Part shown: piece after piece, positions 23,008 to 32,357 of the stretch
How the letters are laid out: each line of letters opens with the position of its first letter
How positions within the stretch are numbered: position 1 is the stretch's first letter
Source: an uncultured cyanobacterium
GTDB lineage: Bacteria > Cyanobacteriota > Cyanobacteriia > Cyanobacteriales > Cyanobacteriaceae
Direction of reading: 5' to 3'
DNA: 64,000 bases
Assembly (NCBI GenBank): GCA_963749915.1
Contig: CAVVOP010000021.1
Coordinates: forward strand, 416,001 to 480,000
Translations under genes and position numbers: made by a program
Notes under the pieces: generated by a model
The model's input: the letters and a program-made list of their open reading frames with translations, nothing else
What the model was told of the DNA's origin: nothing
Database searches by the model: none

Positions 23008-24414
23008 ATGACGGTTGTTTTTTTTGGTGATAGTTTATTAGATATAGGAAATCTTACCGCAACACTTGCCCCCTTTGATATTGAACCATATCCAGCTCCC
23101 CTTTATAATCAGGGCAAAGCATCTAATGGACAAGTTTTGGGAGAGGCAATTGCTGATAGATTAGGCATTGGTGCTAACTCTCTCATTGGTAATTCAACAG
23201 TTTCTACTCCTCCTAATCCTTTAGAAAATAATATAGTTTATGCTTTGGCCGGTGCTACAACTGGGAATTTTGGTTCTAAGGGAAATGATTTAGATCCATT
23301 TCCCATCGGTTTGCAATCTCAAATACAATTGTTTGAGAATATTTTTTCTGTTGCAAATACCATTGATTTGTTGGATAACCCCATTGATGTAATTATCAGT
23401 GCGGGAAGTAACGATGTTCTGGAAATTCTAGCAGATCCGAATTTCGTCAATATTTTTTTAACACCAGAAAATGATGACAATGAGGCTTTAATTAATAACA
23501 CAGTAAATAAGATTGTTGACAATGTTACTCAGGCCATTGATTTACTTCAAGATAAAACTGAAAATATAACTATAGTTGGATTATCCCCTTTAGGAGATAC
23601 ACCTTTTCTAATTAAAACAGATCAAGAAATTGATAATGGTATTTCTATTGATATTGCGGGACAAACAAGTGCTTTATTAACCAATATTTCCGCCCAAGTT
23701 AACCAAGAATTAATTACTAAATTTGATAATGAAAGTGAAAATATCCCAAATGTTGAAGTTATTGACGGGATGCAGGTTTTTGAAGATGGTTTAACCGCAT
23801 GGCAAAATGATCTATCCACATCTCCTATTATAGACATATCTTATTTAGACTATATTTCAGGCAGTTCCAATCTTGAAGACGGTCTCACCATAGAACAATT
23901 TGCCTTTGTTGATGGTGTACATCCTACTTCTGCTTTAAATCAATATTTGGCAAGAGAAATAGTACCGACTGAATTGAATACCCCTATCTACCGTTTTCAA
24001 AATACTGAAATACCTGGTACCTACTTATATACAGAGGAGGAAGAAAAACAAAATATTCTTCGAAATTATCCTAATTTTGGTGAGGAAGGATTCGCTTTCA
24101 ACGTTGGCATTGAACCAAGTGATGATTTAATAACTATATATCGGTTTCAAAATCAGGATTTACCTACTGCCTATTTATATGTAGGAGAAGAAGAAAGACA
24201 AAATATTCTCCAAAATTATGCCAATTTTAGTGAGGAAGGAATCGCTTTTTATGTTTATGGGGCAAACAGTGACCAAGGAGAAAACATTTATCGGTTTCAA
24301 AATCAGGATTTACCTGGTGCCTACTTATATGTAGGAGAAGAAGAAAGACAAAATATTCTTCAAAATTATCCTAATTTGAGCGAGGAAGGAATTGCTTTTG
24401 AAGTTGCCTTTTAG
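23008..24414 (+). CDS. SGNH/GDSL hydrolase with three C-terminal 50-aa repeats
   Basis: FFGDSL, SNG, GSND, DGVHP; repeats YRFQN...YLY...EEGIAF. Confidence 0.85.
   Translation: MTVVFFGDSLLDIGNLTATLAPFDIEPYPAPLYNQGKASNGQVLGEAIADRLGIGANSLIGNSTVSTPPNPLENNIVYALAGATTGNFGSKGNDLDPFPIGLQSQIQLFENIFSVANTIDLLDNPIDVIISAGSNDVLEILADPNFVNIFLTPENDDNEALINNTVNKIVDNVTQAIDLLQDKTENITIVGLSPLGDTPFLIKTDQEIDNGISIDIAGQTSALLTNISAQVNQELITKFDNESENIPNVEVIDGMQVFEDGLTAWQNDLSTSPIIDISYLDYISGSSNLEDGLTIEQFAFVDGVHPTSALNQYLAREIVPTELNTPIYRFQNTEIPGTYLYTEEEEKQNILRNYPNFGEEGFAFNVGIEPSDDLITIYRFQNQDLPTAYLYVGEEERQNILQNYANFSEEGIAFYVYGANSDQGENIYRFQNQDLPGAYLYVGEEERQNILQNYPNLSEEGIAFEVAF
23986..24404 (+). repeat. Three intragenic repeats with 150-bp period
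   Basis: Units start at 23986, 24136 and 24286; units 2 and 3 are nearly identical at DNA level. Confidence 0.9.
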
Positions 24415-24523
24415 TTCTTTTATATTTCTAGATCCTCGCAGTATTGGATGGTATATTTATTCTCGAAAATCACCTAAAGACACGACATAAAGATATCTTA
24501 GACAAATAACGCTAAATCAATCA

Positions 24524-25246
24524 ATGTCCCCTATTGCTCAAAAAATCAAATCATATGTTCCCCAGCAAAAGCTTTGGGGTTTAATTGCTTATCAGCCTCG
24601 CTGGGGATTAACTCTTAAGGGTTGGCTCTCAACATTACTTTTATTGGTCGCTATCACAGTATTTTTAATCTTTAATATCTATCCTTTTTTAGCCCCTTCG
24701 GCACCGATAAAAGCAGAAGCCTTAGTTGTTGAGGGTTGGATTGGAGATGATGGCATTAAAGGAGCCATGGCAGAATTTCAGGAACAAAACTACCAACTAT
24801 TAATTACTGTGGGGGGTCCTCTGGGTGGAGGAGCCTATCTCTCAGAATATCAAGACTTTGCTCACTTATCTGCTGCTACTGCCATAAAACTGGGCTTCGA
24901 TACCGAAAAAATTATGGCTATTGTTACTCCACCTAGCCAACGAGATCGCACCTTCGCTTCCGCAATAGCTGTAAAACAATGGTTGGAACAAAATGAACCA
25001 CAGATTACGGCGATTAATATCTATTCTGACAATGTTCACAGTCGTCGTAGTTGGCTTTTATTTCAAAGAGCTTTGAACCCTGAGTTAGCAGTAGGGATAA
25101 TTGCTCATCCTCCTCCAGATTATGATGCTCAATCCTGGTGGACCTCTAGTCAAGGATTCAGAACAGTTATAGGAGAAGCGATCGCTTATGTTTATGCCAA
25201 GTTTTTTAGTTCTGCACTTTCGCAGTTTTCCCTTCTCGTCAAATAA
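24524..25246 (+). CDS. YdcF/DUF218-like protein
   Basis: LVVEGW, DRTFASA, HSRRSWLLF, E-x-IAY C-terminus. Confidence 0.8.
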   Translation: MSPIAQKIKSYVPQQKLWGLIAYQPRWGLTLKGWLSTLLLLVAITVFLIFNIYPFLAPSAPIKAEALVVEGWIGDDGIKGAMAEFQEQNYQLLITVGGPLGGGAYLSEYQDFAHLSAATAIKLGFDTEKIMAIVTPPSQRDRTFASAIAVKQWLEQNEPQITAINIYSDNVHSRRSWLLFQRALNPELAVGIIAHPPPDYDAQSWWTSSQGFRTVIGEAIAYVYAKFFSSALSQFSLLVK

Positions 25247-25363
25247 GGGAGAAGCACTGATTGAATAATCCGCCTCAGCATATAAAAGTCCAGCCTTTCT
25301 ATATTACTATATTATAAATCAAGGACCTTTAGGTGGGAATTCTTATAGTGATTCGATAATCAT

Positions 25364-26056
25364 ATGGCTAATTTAAGTAATAGTAAACAGAATTTTTCTG
25401 CTCAACCCAATAATATTAATATACTTAAAACGTTGATCATCCTCATCATGCTGTCAGGATTAGTTAATGTATTTATCCAAGAGAAAAAAACCCAATTAAA
25501 AAAGGCTGGTCAACACATAATTTCTAGTATATATGGTAGTCCGCCATTAGTCATGAAAGGTGGTAATCCTTATATTCGGGCATTAATGCGTACCATCAGC
25601 GCCAGTGAATCAAATTATCTCAATCCTTATCACGTCATCTATAGCGGTAAATATGTTACTGATTTGAGTAAACATCCGAACCTGTGTATTAAGATCACCA
25701 ATGGACCAAACGAAGGAAAATGTACAACCGCTTCAGGTAGATACCAATTTTTAAATACAACTTGGTCTGAAAAGGCCGCACAATACCACCCTCAACCATC
25801 AAAATTTCTCCTCTGGAAAGAATATAGTTTTGAAGCACTTTATCAGGATAAAGTATTATATAATTGGTTGACGGACTCTAAAGCATGGAATGAAGATATT
25901 ATTGACTTATTAGAATACGGAAAAATTGATCAAGTTTTGGAATTATTATCCTCTACATGGACAAGTTTGGGCTACGGTATTGAAGATAATATCCTGACCC
26001 AAAATTTACCTCAAATTTATCAAAAATTACTTAAAGAAGAACTGGAAAAGAATTAA
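25364..26056 (+). CDS. Membrane-anchored muramidase (lambda-lysozyme-like glycoside hydrolase)
   Basis: RALMRTISASE, TASGRYQFL, WTSL. Confidence 0.88.
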   Translation: MANLSNSKQNFSAQPNNINILKTLIILIMLSGLVNVFIQEKKTQLKKAGQHIISSIYGSPPLVMKGGNPYIRALMRTISASESNYLNPYHVIYSGKYVTDLSKHPNLCIKITNGPNEGKCTTASGRYQFLNTTWSEKAAQYHPQPSKFLLWKEYSFEALYQDKVLYNWLTDSKAWNEDIIDLLEYGKIDQVLELLSSTWTSLGYGIEDNILTQNLPQIYQKLLKEELEKN

Positions 26057-26248
26057 GTCTGGGGAAAATAGCCACCAATGGTAAGGAAGATAAATTAGGA
26101 ATGTCAAGGAGCGAGTTTGCACAGACTCCCTCTAAAATAAATATCTATGAGCCAAAAATAAACCTTTAATCAGTAGTAATTTCAAAACTCCAGTTCCCAA
26201 GATGAACGCGGTTTAAGTAAAATAGAAGTACCAATTATATATAGTTCT

Positions 26249-26602
26249 ATGGCTGTAGTTCAACCTGTACCTCCAGAAATTCTCGAACAAGTGGCTGAAT
26301 ATTTTAGTATTTTGAGTAACCCCATGCGTTTGCAAATTTTAAATTTATTAGGGGACGGGGAAAAGTGTGTACAACAATTAGTAGAAAATACGAAAACTAG
26401 TCAGGCGAACATTTCTAAACATCTCAAAATAATGTTACAGGCAGGAATTATTAATCGTCGTGCCGAAGGTACTTCAGCCTATTATTATGTAGAAGATTCC
26501 CTGATTTTTGACTTATCTCATTTAGTGTGTAATCGTTTAGCAGATAAAATCGAAAAACAAGCACTTCAATTTCGCAATTTTAGTCTTGCTAATAAACAAT
26601 AG
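26249..26602 (+). CDS. ArsR/SmtB family transcriptional regulator
   Basis: LSNPMRLQIL, SQANISKHL HTH. Confidence 0.9.
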   Translation: MAVVQPVPPEILEQVAEYFSILSNPMRLQILNLLGDGEKCVQQLVENTKTSQANISKHLKIMLQAGIINRRAEGTSAYYYVEDSLIFDLSHLVCNRLADKIEKQALQFRNFSLANKQ

Positions 26603-26715
26603 ACGAATGGCAAAACTCGAGGAATTGGGAACAGAGAATAATAATTTTGGCGTGATTTTCGCCTCCTTAACGGCAAAATTTTGGGGAAGTATTTATTTAT
26701 AAATCCTCCATGATT

Positions 26716-27942
26716 TTAATTATCAATTGTTAACATAATTAGTTGTTTTTGGATCAGTGACCGAACTAGATCTAAGGTCAAATTAGTTTGAGAGATAATA
26801 TCTCCTACCGTTAGATTTTTAGAGGGATTTTTAGCACAATATTCCATGAAAGTAAACTCCTGATCATTAATGTTTATGGGTTGGAATTGATAGTTAAATA
26901 AACTCTTACTTTCCCATCTCGACATACAAGGATTTAATTCCGGTTTTGCTTGTTTTAACAACTCATTATTTTCCCAATTTTGTCTGACTAAAGGTGGTTT
27001 TGCTAAGAAAAATTCATAGTGAGTAATATTATCAGGATCAAGTAATTCTATCAAACGGTAACGTTGTTGATCTGTTAATTTTTTTGCCCGACTAATTAAG
27101 TCTTGATTATCGCCAATTAATCTTTCTAACTGCCATGAATCAGGGTTGGAAAAACCAATAAATTCTAAACCAGAAACATCGATAAATTTAAACAAAGTAT
27201 CAATATTATAGTCAACTTCTTGAGGATGGACATACATATCCGCAAAACATTCGTCTCTCCGGTTTTCCCACTGCCAACGCTGTTTTTCTTTGGCAACTAA
27301 ACGGTTATCTTCGGGTAATGTTGCAAATAACTCCCTACCAACCTTCACGCCATCAATATAATCACCTCGTTTGTCACCTTGCAGTAAAGCAATCGCCTTT
27401 TGCATTAATTGAATTTCCCATCTACCTAACTCTCCATAGACGAAAATGTGCATAATACCGCCAACGGCTAATTTTTCTGCTATGGCTTTGATGCCTATTT
27501 CTGGTTCAGGCAAATGGTGTAATACACCGACACAGTTAATTAAATCAAAATTATCCTCTAAACTATTAACGGATTCAAGAGGAAGTTGTTTAAAGGTAAT
27601 TGTACCCTGAAAATTAGCTAATACTCCTGATTTTTCAAGACGTTTTTGTGCCGTAGCTAGGGCATTTTCACTAATATCAATGGCAATAATATCCGCCATA
27701 GGATTGTGCAATATTAAATATTCTGTCCCTGAACCTGTACCACAACCGGCATCTAAAATACGGATTTTTTGCCGTTGAGGTTTCATTCCCGTACAAAAAT
27801 TATAGGCTGACTGGTAATGCCAACGCCAATTGTAACCCGGGGGCGGTTCATCTAATAATGGATCTGGTGGAAAGGGATATGTATTATAAAGTTTTTGAAC
27901 GGCTTTTCTAACTTCTAACATTATGATGGTTGATTTAATCAA
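26716..27942 (-). CDS. Class I SAM-dependent methyltransferase (start uncertain)
   Basis: ILDAGCGTG, CVGVLHHL, DMYVHPQE. Confidence 0.88.
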   Translation of the reverse strand: MIKSTIIMLEVRKAVQKLYNTYPFPPDPLLDEPPPGYNWRWHYQSAYNFCTGMKPQRQKIRILDAGCGTGSGTEYLILHNPMADIIAIDISENALATAQKRLEKSGVLANFQGTITFKQLPLESVNSLEDNFDLINCVGVLHHLPEPEIGIKAIAEKLAVGGIMHIFVYGELGRWEIQLMQKAIALLQGDKRGDYIDGVKVGRELFATLPEDNRLVAKEKQRWQWENRRDECFADMYVHPQEVDYNIDTLFKFIDVSGLEFIGFSNPDSWQLERLIGDNQDLISRAKKLTDQQRYRLIELLDPDNITHYEFFLAKPPLVRQNWENNELLKQAKPELNPCMSRWESKSLFNYQFQPININDQEFTFMEYCAKNPSKNLTVGDIISQTNLTLDLVRSLIQKQLIMLTIDN

Positions 27943-28022
27943 ATTCTAACTTCACACTATTATCCTTCACTGTTGAATAATGAGCAATTAGAAATCAAGA
28001 ATAAGTTAAGAGTAAATAGCAT

Positions 28023-29336
28023 TCATTCATTAGTGGAAATAGCACTTAATCTCACCCTTTGCCCATTTTCTAATTTACCAGTACTTCTTACTATTAAACG
28101 ATCGCCAGGATTAAGTCCTGCGAATACTTCCACCTTACCATTTTTATTTTCTCCCATAGTAATTTGTTTTACCGTTACCTGTTTATTTCCATTAACATTA
28201 TCTAAAATAAAGACATTATTAGAGAGTTTCGTCTCTCTGGGATTTCCTATTTTTAAAGCAGATTCGGGAATAAGAATAGGTGGATTGTCGTTATTAGTAA
28301 ACTTTACCCTTGCTAATAAACCACCACTAATTTTTTGATCTTGATTACTTAATAAAATTTCCAGGGGAATTTGTCTTGAATCTCTCTCGGCAGCTGGAGA
28401 TATTCTATTAATTATACCTGTAAATTGTTCTTGAGGAAAAGCATCTAAATTAACACCAACTTTTTTCCCTAATTTTAAGTTTTTTAATTCTAATTCTGAT
28501 ACAGCAACATTAACTTTTACTTGACTAAAATCTCCTATTTTGATAATTTCTCCCCCAGGTTGAATTAAGTTTCCTTGTTCAGTTAATCTTTCCAATACAT
28601 AACCACTATTTGGTGCTTTTATGTGCGTAAAAATGAGTCTTTTTTTCCCTTCCTCGATAACGGCTTTTTGACTGATAATTCTTCCTTTGGCAGTTTCAAC
28701 AGCGGCTTTTTTAACTTTTACTTGAGATTTTGCCGATTTTACCGACTGCTGAGCAGTTTTTGCTCCCGTGACGGCCAACTCCACATCTCTTTTGGCGATC
28801 GCTCCATCGTTGTATAATTCTTCTAATCTATTAGCATCAACTTCCGCTTGTTCTAAAAGTACTTGATTTGATTTTACTTGTGCTTCAGCCGAAATCACAT
28901 CAGCCTCTGCCTGAGTCACTGCGGAGTTAAGGGAAGCTAATTCCGCTTCTTCTTTATACAATGAAGCTTTTAACAAAGTATCATCTAATCGAGCAATTAG
29001 TTGACCAGCCGTGACCCTATCACCGACGTCCACCTCGAGACTTAATATTTGTCCTTCTGCCTGAGATCGTAATATAATTTCTTTAACAGGTTCTGTTGTA
29101 CCAATATATTCCCTGGGTTGATTTAAAAATCCCCTTGTCACGCTAACCACATCTACGGCAGGAGGGAGAGGAGTTAGATTTACCGTTTGTTCTTCTTGTG
29201 CTTCGGTTTTCGATTCCATGAAACACCCGGTTAAAGGCAATAACAATAAAAATAAACACCCATATTTTGCAATAGGATTGGTTACTAGCATAATTTGAGT
29301 CCAAACAATATCAAAATTTATCAACAAAAAGTCCAC
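28023..29336 (-). CDS. RND efflux periplasmic adaptor subunit (true start may be the ATG at 29291)
   Basis: Lipobox LTGC, VDVGDRV lipoyl-like segment, coiled coil, ISP motif, GLNPGD. Confidence 0.9.
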   Translation of the reverse strand: MDFLLINFDIVWTQIMLVTNPIAKYGCLFLLLLPLTGCFMESKTEAQEEQTVNLTPLPPAVDVVSVTRGFLNQPREYIGTTEPVKEIILRSQAEGQILSLEVDVGDRVTAGQLIARLDDTLLKASLYKEEAELASLNSAVTQAEADVISAEAQVKSNQVLLEQAEVDANRLEELYNDGAIAKRDVELAVTGAKTAQQSVKSAKSQVKVKKAAVETAKGRIISQKAVIEEGKKRLIFTHIKAPNSGYVLERLTEQGNLIQPGGEIIKIGDFSQVKVNVAVSELELKNLKLGKKVGVNLDAFPQEQFTGIINRISPAAERDSRQIPLEILLSNQDQKISGGLLARVKFTNNDNPPILIPESALKIGNPRETKLSNNVFILDNVNGNKQVTVKQITMGENKNGKVEVFAGLNPGDRLIVRSTGKLENGQRVRLSAISTNE

Positions 29337-29382
29337 TTCATTGTATCATGTTAATATTCATACTGAGACGAAAACATAGATT

Positions 29383-29826
29383 ATGGATCTAAATTTATTA
29401 TTTAATATAGCAAATATTTTCGTGCTTCCATTTTGGGGATTGATAATTTTTATTCCTAACTGGGAAATTACACAAAAAATAATGAAATCTTATCTAATAT
29501 TTTTACCGCTAATTTTTTTGTATATTTATTTGTTCATTATCAGCCTAAATCCAGATTCTATAGCGACTTTATCCAATCCTAAATTATTGGATTTAGCCAA
29601 AGTGTTTAGTGATCCTAGCATAACTTTTGCCGGATGGGTACACTTTTTAGTATTAGATTTATTTTTAGGAAGACATATCTATTGGCAAGGACAAAATGAG
29701 AAAATTTGGACAATTCATTCTCTAATTCTCTGTTTATTTGCCGGACCAATTGGTTTTTTATCTCATATAATAACTAGAGGTATCCAAACTCAATTAATGA
29801 AAAGAAATGACCCTAAATTGACTTAA
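29383..29826 (+). CDS. ABA4-like (DUF4281) membrane protein
   Basis: VLPFW, GWVHFLVLDLFLGR, CLFAGPIG. Confidence 0.88.
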   Translation: MDLNLLFNIANIFVLPFWGLIIFIPNWEITQKIMKSYLIFLPLIFLYIYLFIISLNPDSIATLSNPKLLDLAKVFSDPSITFAGWVHFLVLDLFLGRHIYWQGQNEKIWTIHSLILCLFAGPIGFLSHIITRGIQTQLMKRNDPKLT

Positions 29827-29889
29827 CTTAGGAAGACTAAGAACCCGTTTGAAAAGTCGGATTGATTGAGCAAAATTCACTTGCTTCAA

Positions 29890-29925
29890 TAGACCTCTCC
29901 ATAAATTATATTACGGAGAGGTCTA
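29890..29925. repeat. REP/MITE-like palindrome at the edge of the foreign segment
   Basis: TAGACCTCTCC...GGAGAGGTCTA, 11-bp perfect inverted repeat with TA ends. Confidence 0.65.
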
Positions 29926-30029
29926 ATGAAACCCCGTAGCGATACAATGTTGTCCCTATACGATGACTAAAGATACATTATTCGTCTTAGATTTCAATTT
30001 CGACGAGTACAAATTAATTAATTAGAGAA

Positions 30030-30830
30030 ATGATGAAAAAAACCGAAGGCTGGCAAGTATCTGGAAATGCGGCTGAAGTCTACGAACAATACTTTGTCCC
30101 TGCCATTTTTGGACGGTGGGCACCGCAGATGGTTGATATCGCACACATAGGCTCTGGCGATCGCGTGCTTGATGTCGGCTGTGGAACTGGAGTGCTGGCA
30201 CGGGAGGCCGCAGACCGTGTTTCCGAGGAAAGTCAGATTACGGGTCTTGACTGCAACACTAGCATGTTAGCGGTAGCGCGTCGCCTTCGACCACAGATCG
30301 ATTGGTGCCAAGGGGATGCTACGGCACTTCCATTTGCGGATGCCAGTTATGATGTGGTAATGAGCCAGTTTTCTCTGATGTATTTTCCCGACCCAACGGT
30401 CGCACTCCAAGAGATGATGAGAGTGTTGCGGTCGGCAGGCCGTCTCGCTGTTGCGGTCTGGGGCCCTTATGGGCATGCGACGGGCTACGTACTCTTGACA
30501 GAGATCGCACAGCGCCTGTGTGGGCAAGCAGCGGCGGATGTCCTCACAGCCCCATTCGCCTTGGGGGACAAGAATACGTTAATCGACCTCTGCAAGGCAG
30601 CCGGCATCAACGACGCTATCGTCACATTGCGGGAGGGCATCATAACTTATCCCACCATTGAAATATTCGTGGAAACGGAGGTCAAGGGCTCACCGCTTGA
30701 AGTCCTCCTCGATGTGGGAAGCTATCAAGGTCTTATGCAGGAAGCACAGGAGAAACTCCAGCAATTCTGCAAAGGTGGTAAAGTAATCATGCCCATGGAC
30801 GCGTTGATTGTCACAGCAAAAAAGGTTTAA
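30030..30830 (+). CDS. UbiE-like class I SAM methyltransferase, GC-rich
   Basis: RVLDVGCGTG, GDATALPF, SQFSLMYFPD; G+C clearly above the flanking genes. Confidence 0.9.
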   Translation: MMKKTEGWQVSGNAAEVYEQYFVPAIFGRWAPQMVDIAHIGSGDRVLDVGCGTGVLAREAADRVSEESQITGLDCNTSMLAVARRLRPQIDWCQGDATALPFADASYDVVMSQFSLMYFPDPTVALQEMMRVLRSAGRLAVAVWGPYGHATGYVLLTEIAQRLCGQAAADVLTAPFALGDKNTLIDLCKAAGINDAIVTLREGIITYPTIEIFVETEVKGSPLEVLLDVGSYQGLMQEAQEKLQQFCKGGKVIMPMDALIVTAKKV

Positions 30831-31095
30831 TCGCAGCGGAGTATGGCTTCTCTCAAATGACCTGCCACGAATAGTTGACCCATTCGCTAATTTAAATTCG
30901 TTGGGTTAACTCGGCAAAAAGTCAAGAGCCTAATTTTCTGCACGGTTGCTACTCTAGGGCCTATAATAAATAATTAGACGATGCAAAGGTGAGCCTCTGA
31001 ATAAAGGTGTAAGAAACTATCTTAGGTTATCCTTATATGCTTCACCTGTTATGTATGTAATAGAAAACTAGCCGATTAGCTTGGGGGGTAAAACT

Positions 31096-31482
31096 ATGAT
31101 TGATGCAAATGAGATTGTCAAGGCAATGTGTGAGAAGTACTCGGCGGCTGTTAGTGCCAATAATTCGGTTGCCTATGGGAAACTATTTGCTGCCGACGCA
31201 ATTAGAATTCCTCCTGGATCAGATCCTGAACATGGTCTAGACAAGATTTTGAAGGGCGAACAAAAGGACTATGATCTCGCGAAATGGACTTGTCAATCTA
31301 CCCCCATTGATGCTCTACGAATCGACGATGAATGGGTATATGGCATCGCGCAGGCTGATGTGAGCACTGTCTCCTACGCTGATGGGACGAAGAAATCATT
31401 TAAAGCCTATAAGACATGGCTTCTTCACAAAGAGAAGTCAGGCGAATGGCTGATCAAAAGGCAGATGTGGAATCTTAAGTAA
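31096..31482 (+). CDS. NTF2/SnoaL-like (DUF4440-type) protein
   Basis: YSAAVSANN...LFAADAIRIPPG and C-terminal GEWLIKRQMWN; ATG at 31096. Confidence 0.75.
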   Translation: MIDANEIVKAMCEKYSAAVSANNSVAYGKLFAADAIRIPPGSDPEHGLDKILKGEQKDYDLAKWTCQSTPIDALRIDDEWVYGIAQADVSTVSYADGTKKSFKAYKTWLLHKEKSGEWLIKRQMWNLK

Positions 31483-31529
31483 ACAATGATCTTTGTGAAG
31501 AGCTTTGGCCGTAGAAAATAGAAAGCATT

Positions 31530-31615
31530 GCCGAAGTACCTCGTTGGAGCGGAATGATTACGAGCTTAATGCTGAGGCAAAGTAATAATAAGTCTTCTCG
31601 TAGGCTATGTTGAAA
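31530..31615 (+). other. Degenerate attC-like site
   Basis: GCCGAAG-N-CGTTGGAGCGGA...TGCTGAGGCAAAG...GTTGAAA downstream of a cassette-sized gene; both R boxes are imperfect. Confidence 0.35.
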
Positions 31616-31655
31616 ATTGAATCAAAATTCTTCCAGCTGGAAAATTTTCCCTAAT

Positions 31656-31766
31656 GAGATTAATTTCACCAAATATTTCTATGAGTTTAAGCCCTTGCGA
31701 TCGCTTTCAGAAATTAGAGCCGATATTCTGGCTTTGGAGAAGAGTAGTTGGGATTTAGAAAAATAG
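31656..31766 (+). pseudogene. hsdM: C-terminal remnant of a type I restriction-modification M subunit
   Basis: Manual translation EINFTKYFYEFKPLRSLSEIRADILALEKSSWDLEK*. Confidence 0.75.
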
Positions 31767-31791
31767 AAAGATATAAAAAAAAATCTAAAGA

Positions 31792-31911
31792 TATAAGTCA
31801 AGAGCTTTTCAAGAGCTTTTAAAGAAATTGCCCGTTTTACTTCCACCTCTCGAAGAACAAAGAGCGATCGCCGATTATATTGAAAAAGAATGTGCCAGAA
31901 TTGATGCCAAG
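31792..31911 (+). pseudogene. hsdS: Internal remnant of a type I restriction-modification S subunit
   Basis: QELLKKLPVLLPPLEEQRAIADYIEKECARIDAK (conserved PPL-EQ-x-I helix); an 11-bp duplication (TCAAGAGCTTT x2) breaks the frame. Confidence 0.8.
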
Positions 31912-32066
31912 ATGCCGAATCCTACCAAGCTTTACTCAACGCCGCCGAACTCGTCGAAACCCTTAAGGGTATCAAACGGGGACTCAAACAAATGAAAGAA
32001 GGTCAAGGCAAAACCGCAGAAAGCTTTTTTGCTGAGATGTTTGACCAATTAGATGAGGTTCAATGA
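31908..32066 (+). pseudogene. C-terminal remnant of a Phd/YefM family antitoxin
   Basis: QDAESYQALLNAAELVETLKGIKRGLKQMKEGQGKTAESFFAEMFDQLDEVQ*; N-terminus missing. Confidence 0.65.
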
Positions 32067-32276
32067 GGGAAAAATAACGCCATGTGCAACTTAAAACGAA
32101 AGAAGATGAATTTATCTTACCTGTATCGGCAAGTAATGCTGGTTTTTTTGTGCCTATTTTCAAAAATAAAATGTATTTGGGGGCAATCGATAATAAGAGA
32201 TTATCAAAGGATAAATAAAAATCAGGAAAACTTATTTTAATTTCGGCTTGTTAATACTGATGAATCTTTTTGTGAT

Positions 32277-32293
32277 TTATTCAGCAAACCCTA
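32277..32293. mobile_element. Isolated IS/MITE terminal repeat-like motif
   Basis: TTATTCAGCAAACCCTA resembles, from memory, a common cyanobacterial MITE end; no partner end or transposase seen. Confidence 0.45.
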
Positions 32294-32309
32294 CCTATTA
32301 CTTATTACT

Positions 32310-32338
32310 TTTCCCTCACAGTAATGTTTTCGGCACGC
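32310..32338 (+). repeat. 29-bp direct repeat, copy 1
   Basis: TTTCCCTCACAGTAATGTTTTCGGCACGC, 27/29 identical to 42778-42806. Confidence 0.9.
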
Positions 32339-32357
32339 TTCCGAGGACGATTGGCAC

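Noticed and set aside
23986..24404. Regularly spaced repeats suggesting CRISPR
   Set aside because: In-frame 150-bp coding repeats with no unique spacers and no cas genes
30860..31050. Imperfect hairpins between the two foreign genes (GTTGACCCA/TGGGTTAAC, GCCCTA/TAGGGC)
   Set aside because: No recognisable ncRNA or riboswitch consensus; cannot be supported without a covariance search
32070..32220. Short open stretch VQLKTKEDEFILPVSASNAGFF after the antitoxin remnant
   Set aside because: Could be a further gene fragment, but I cannot assign it; it does not clearly resemble a RelE/ParE toxin
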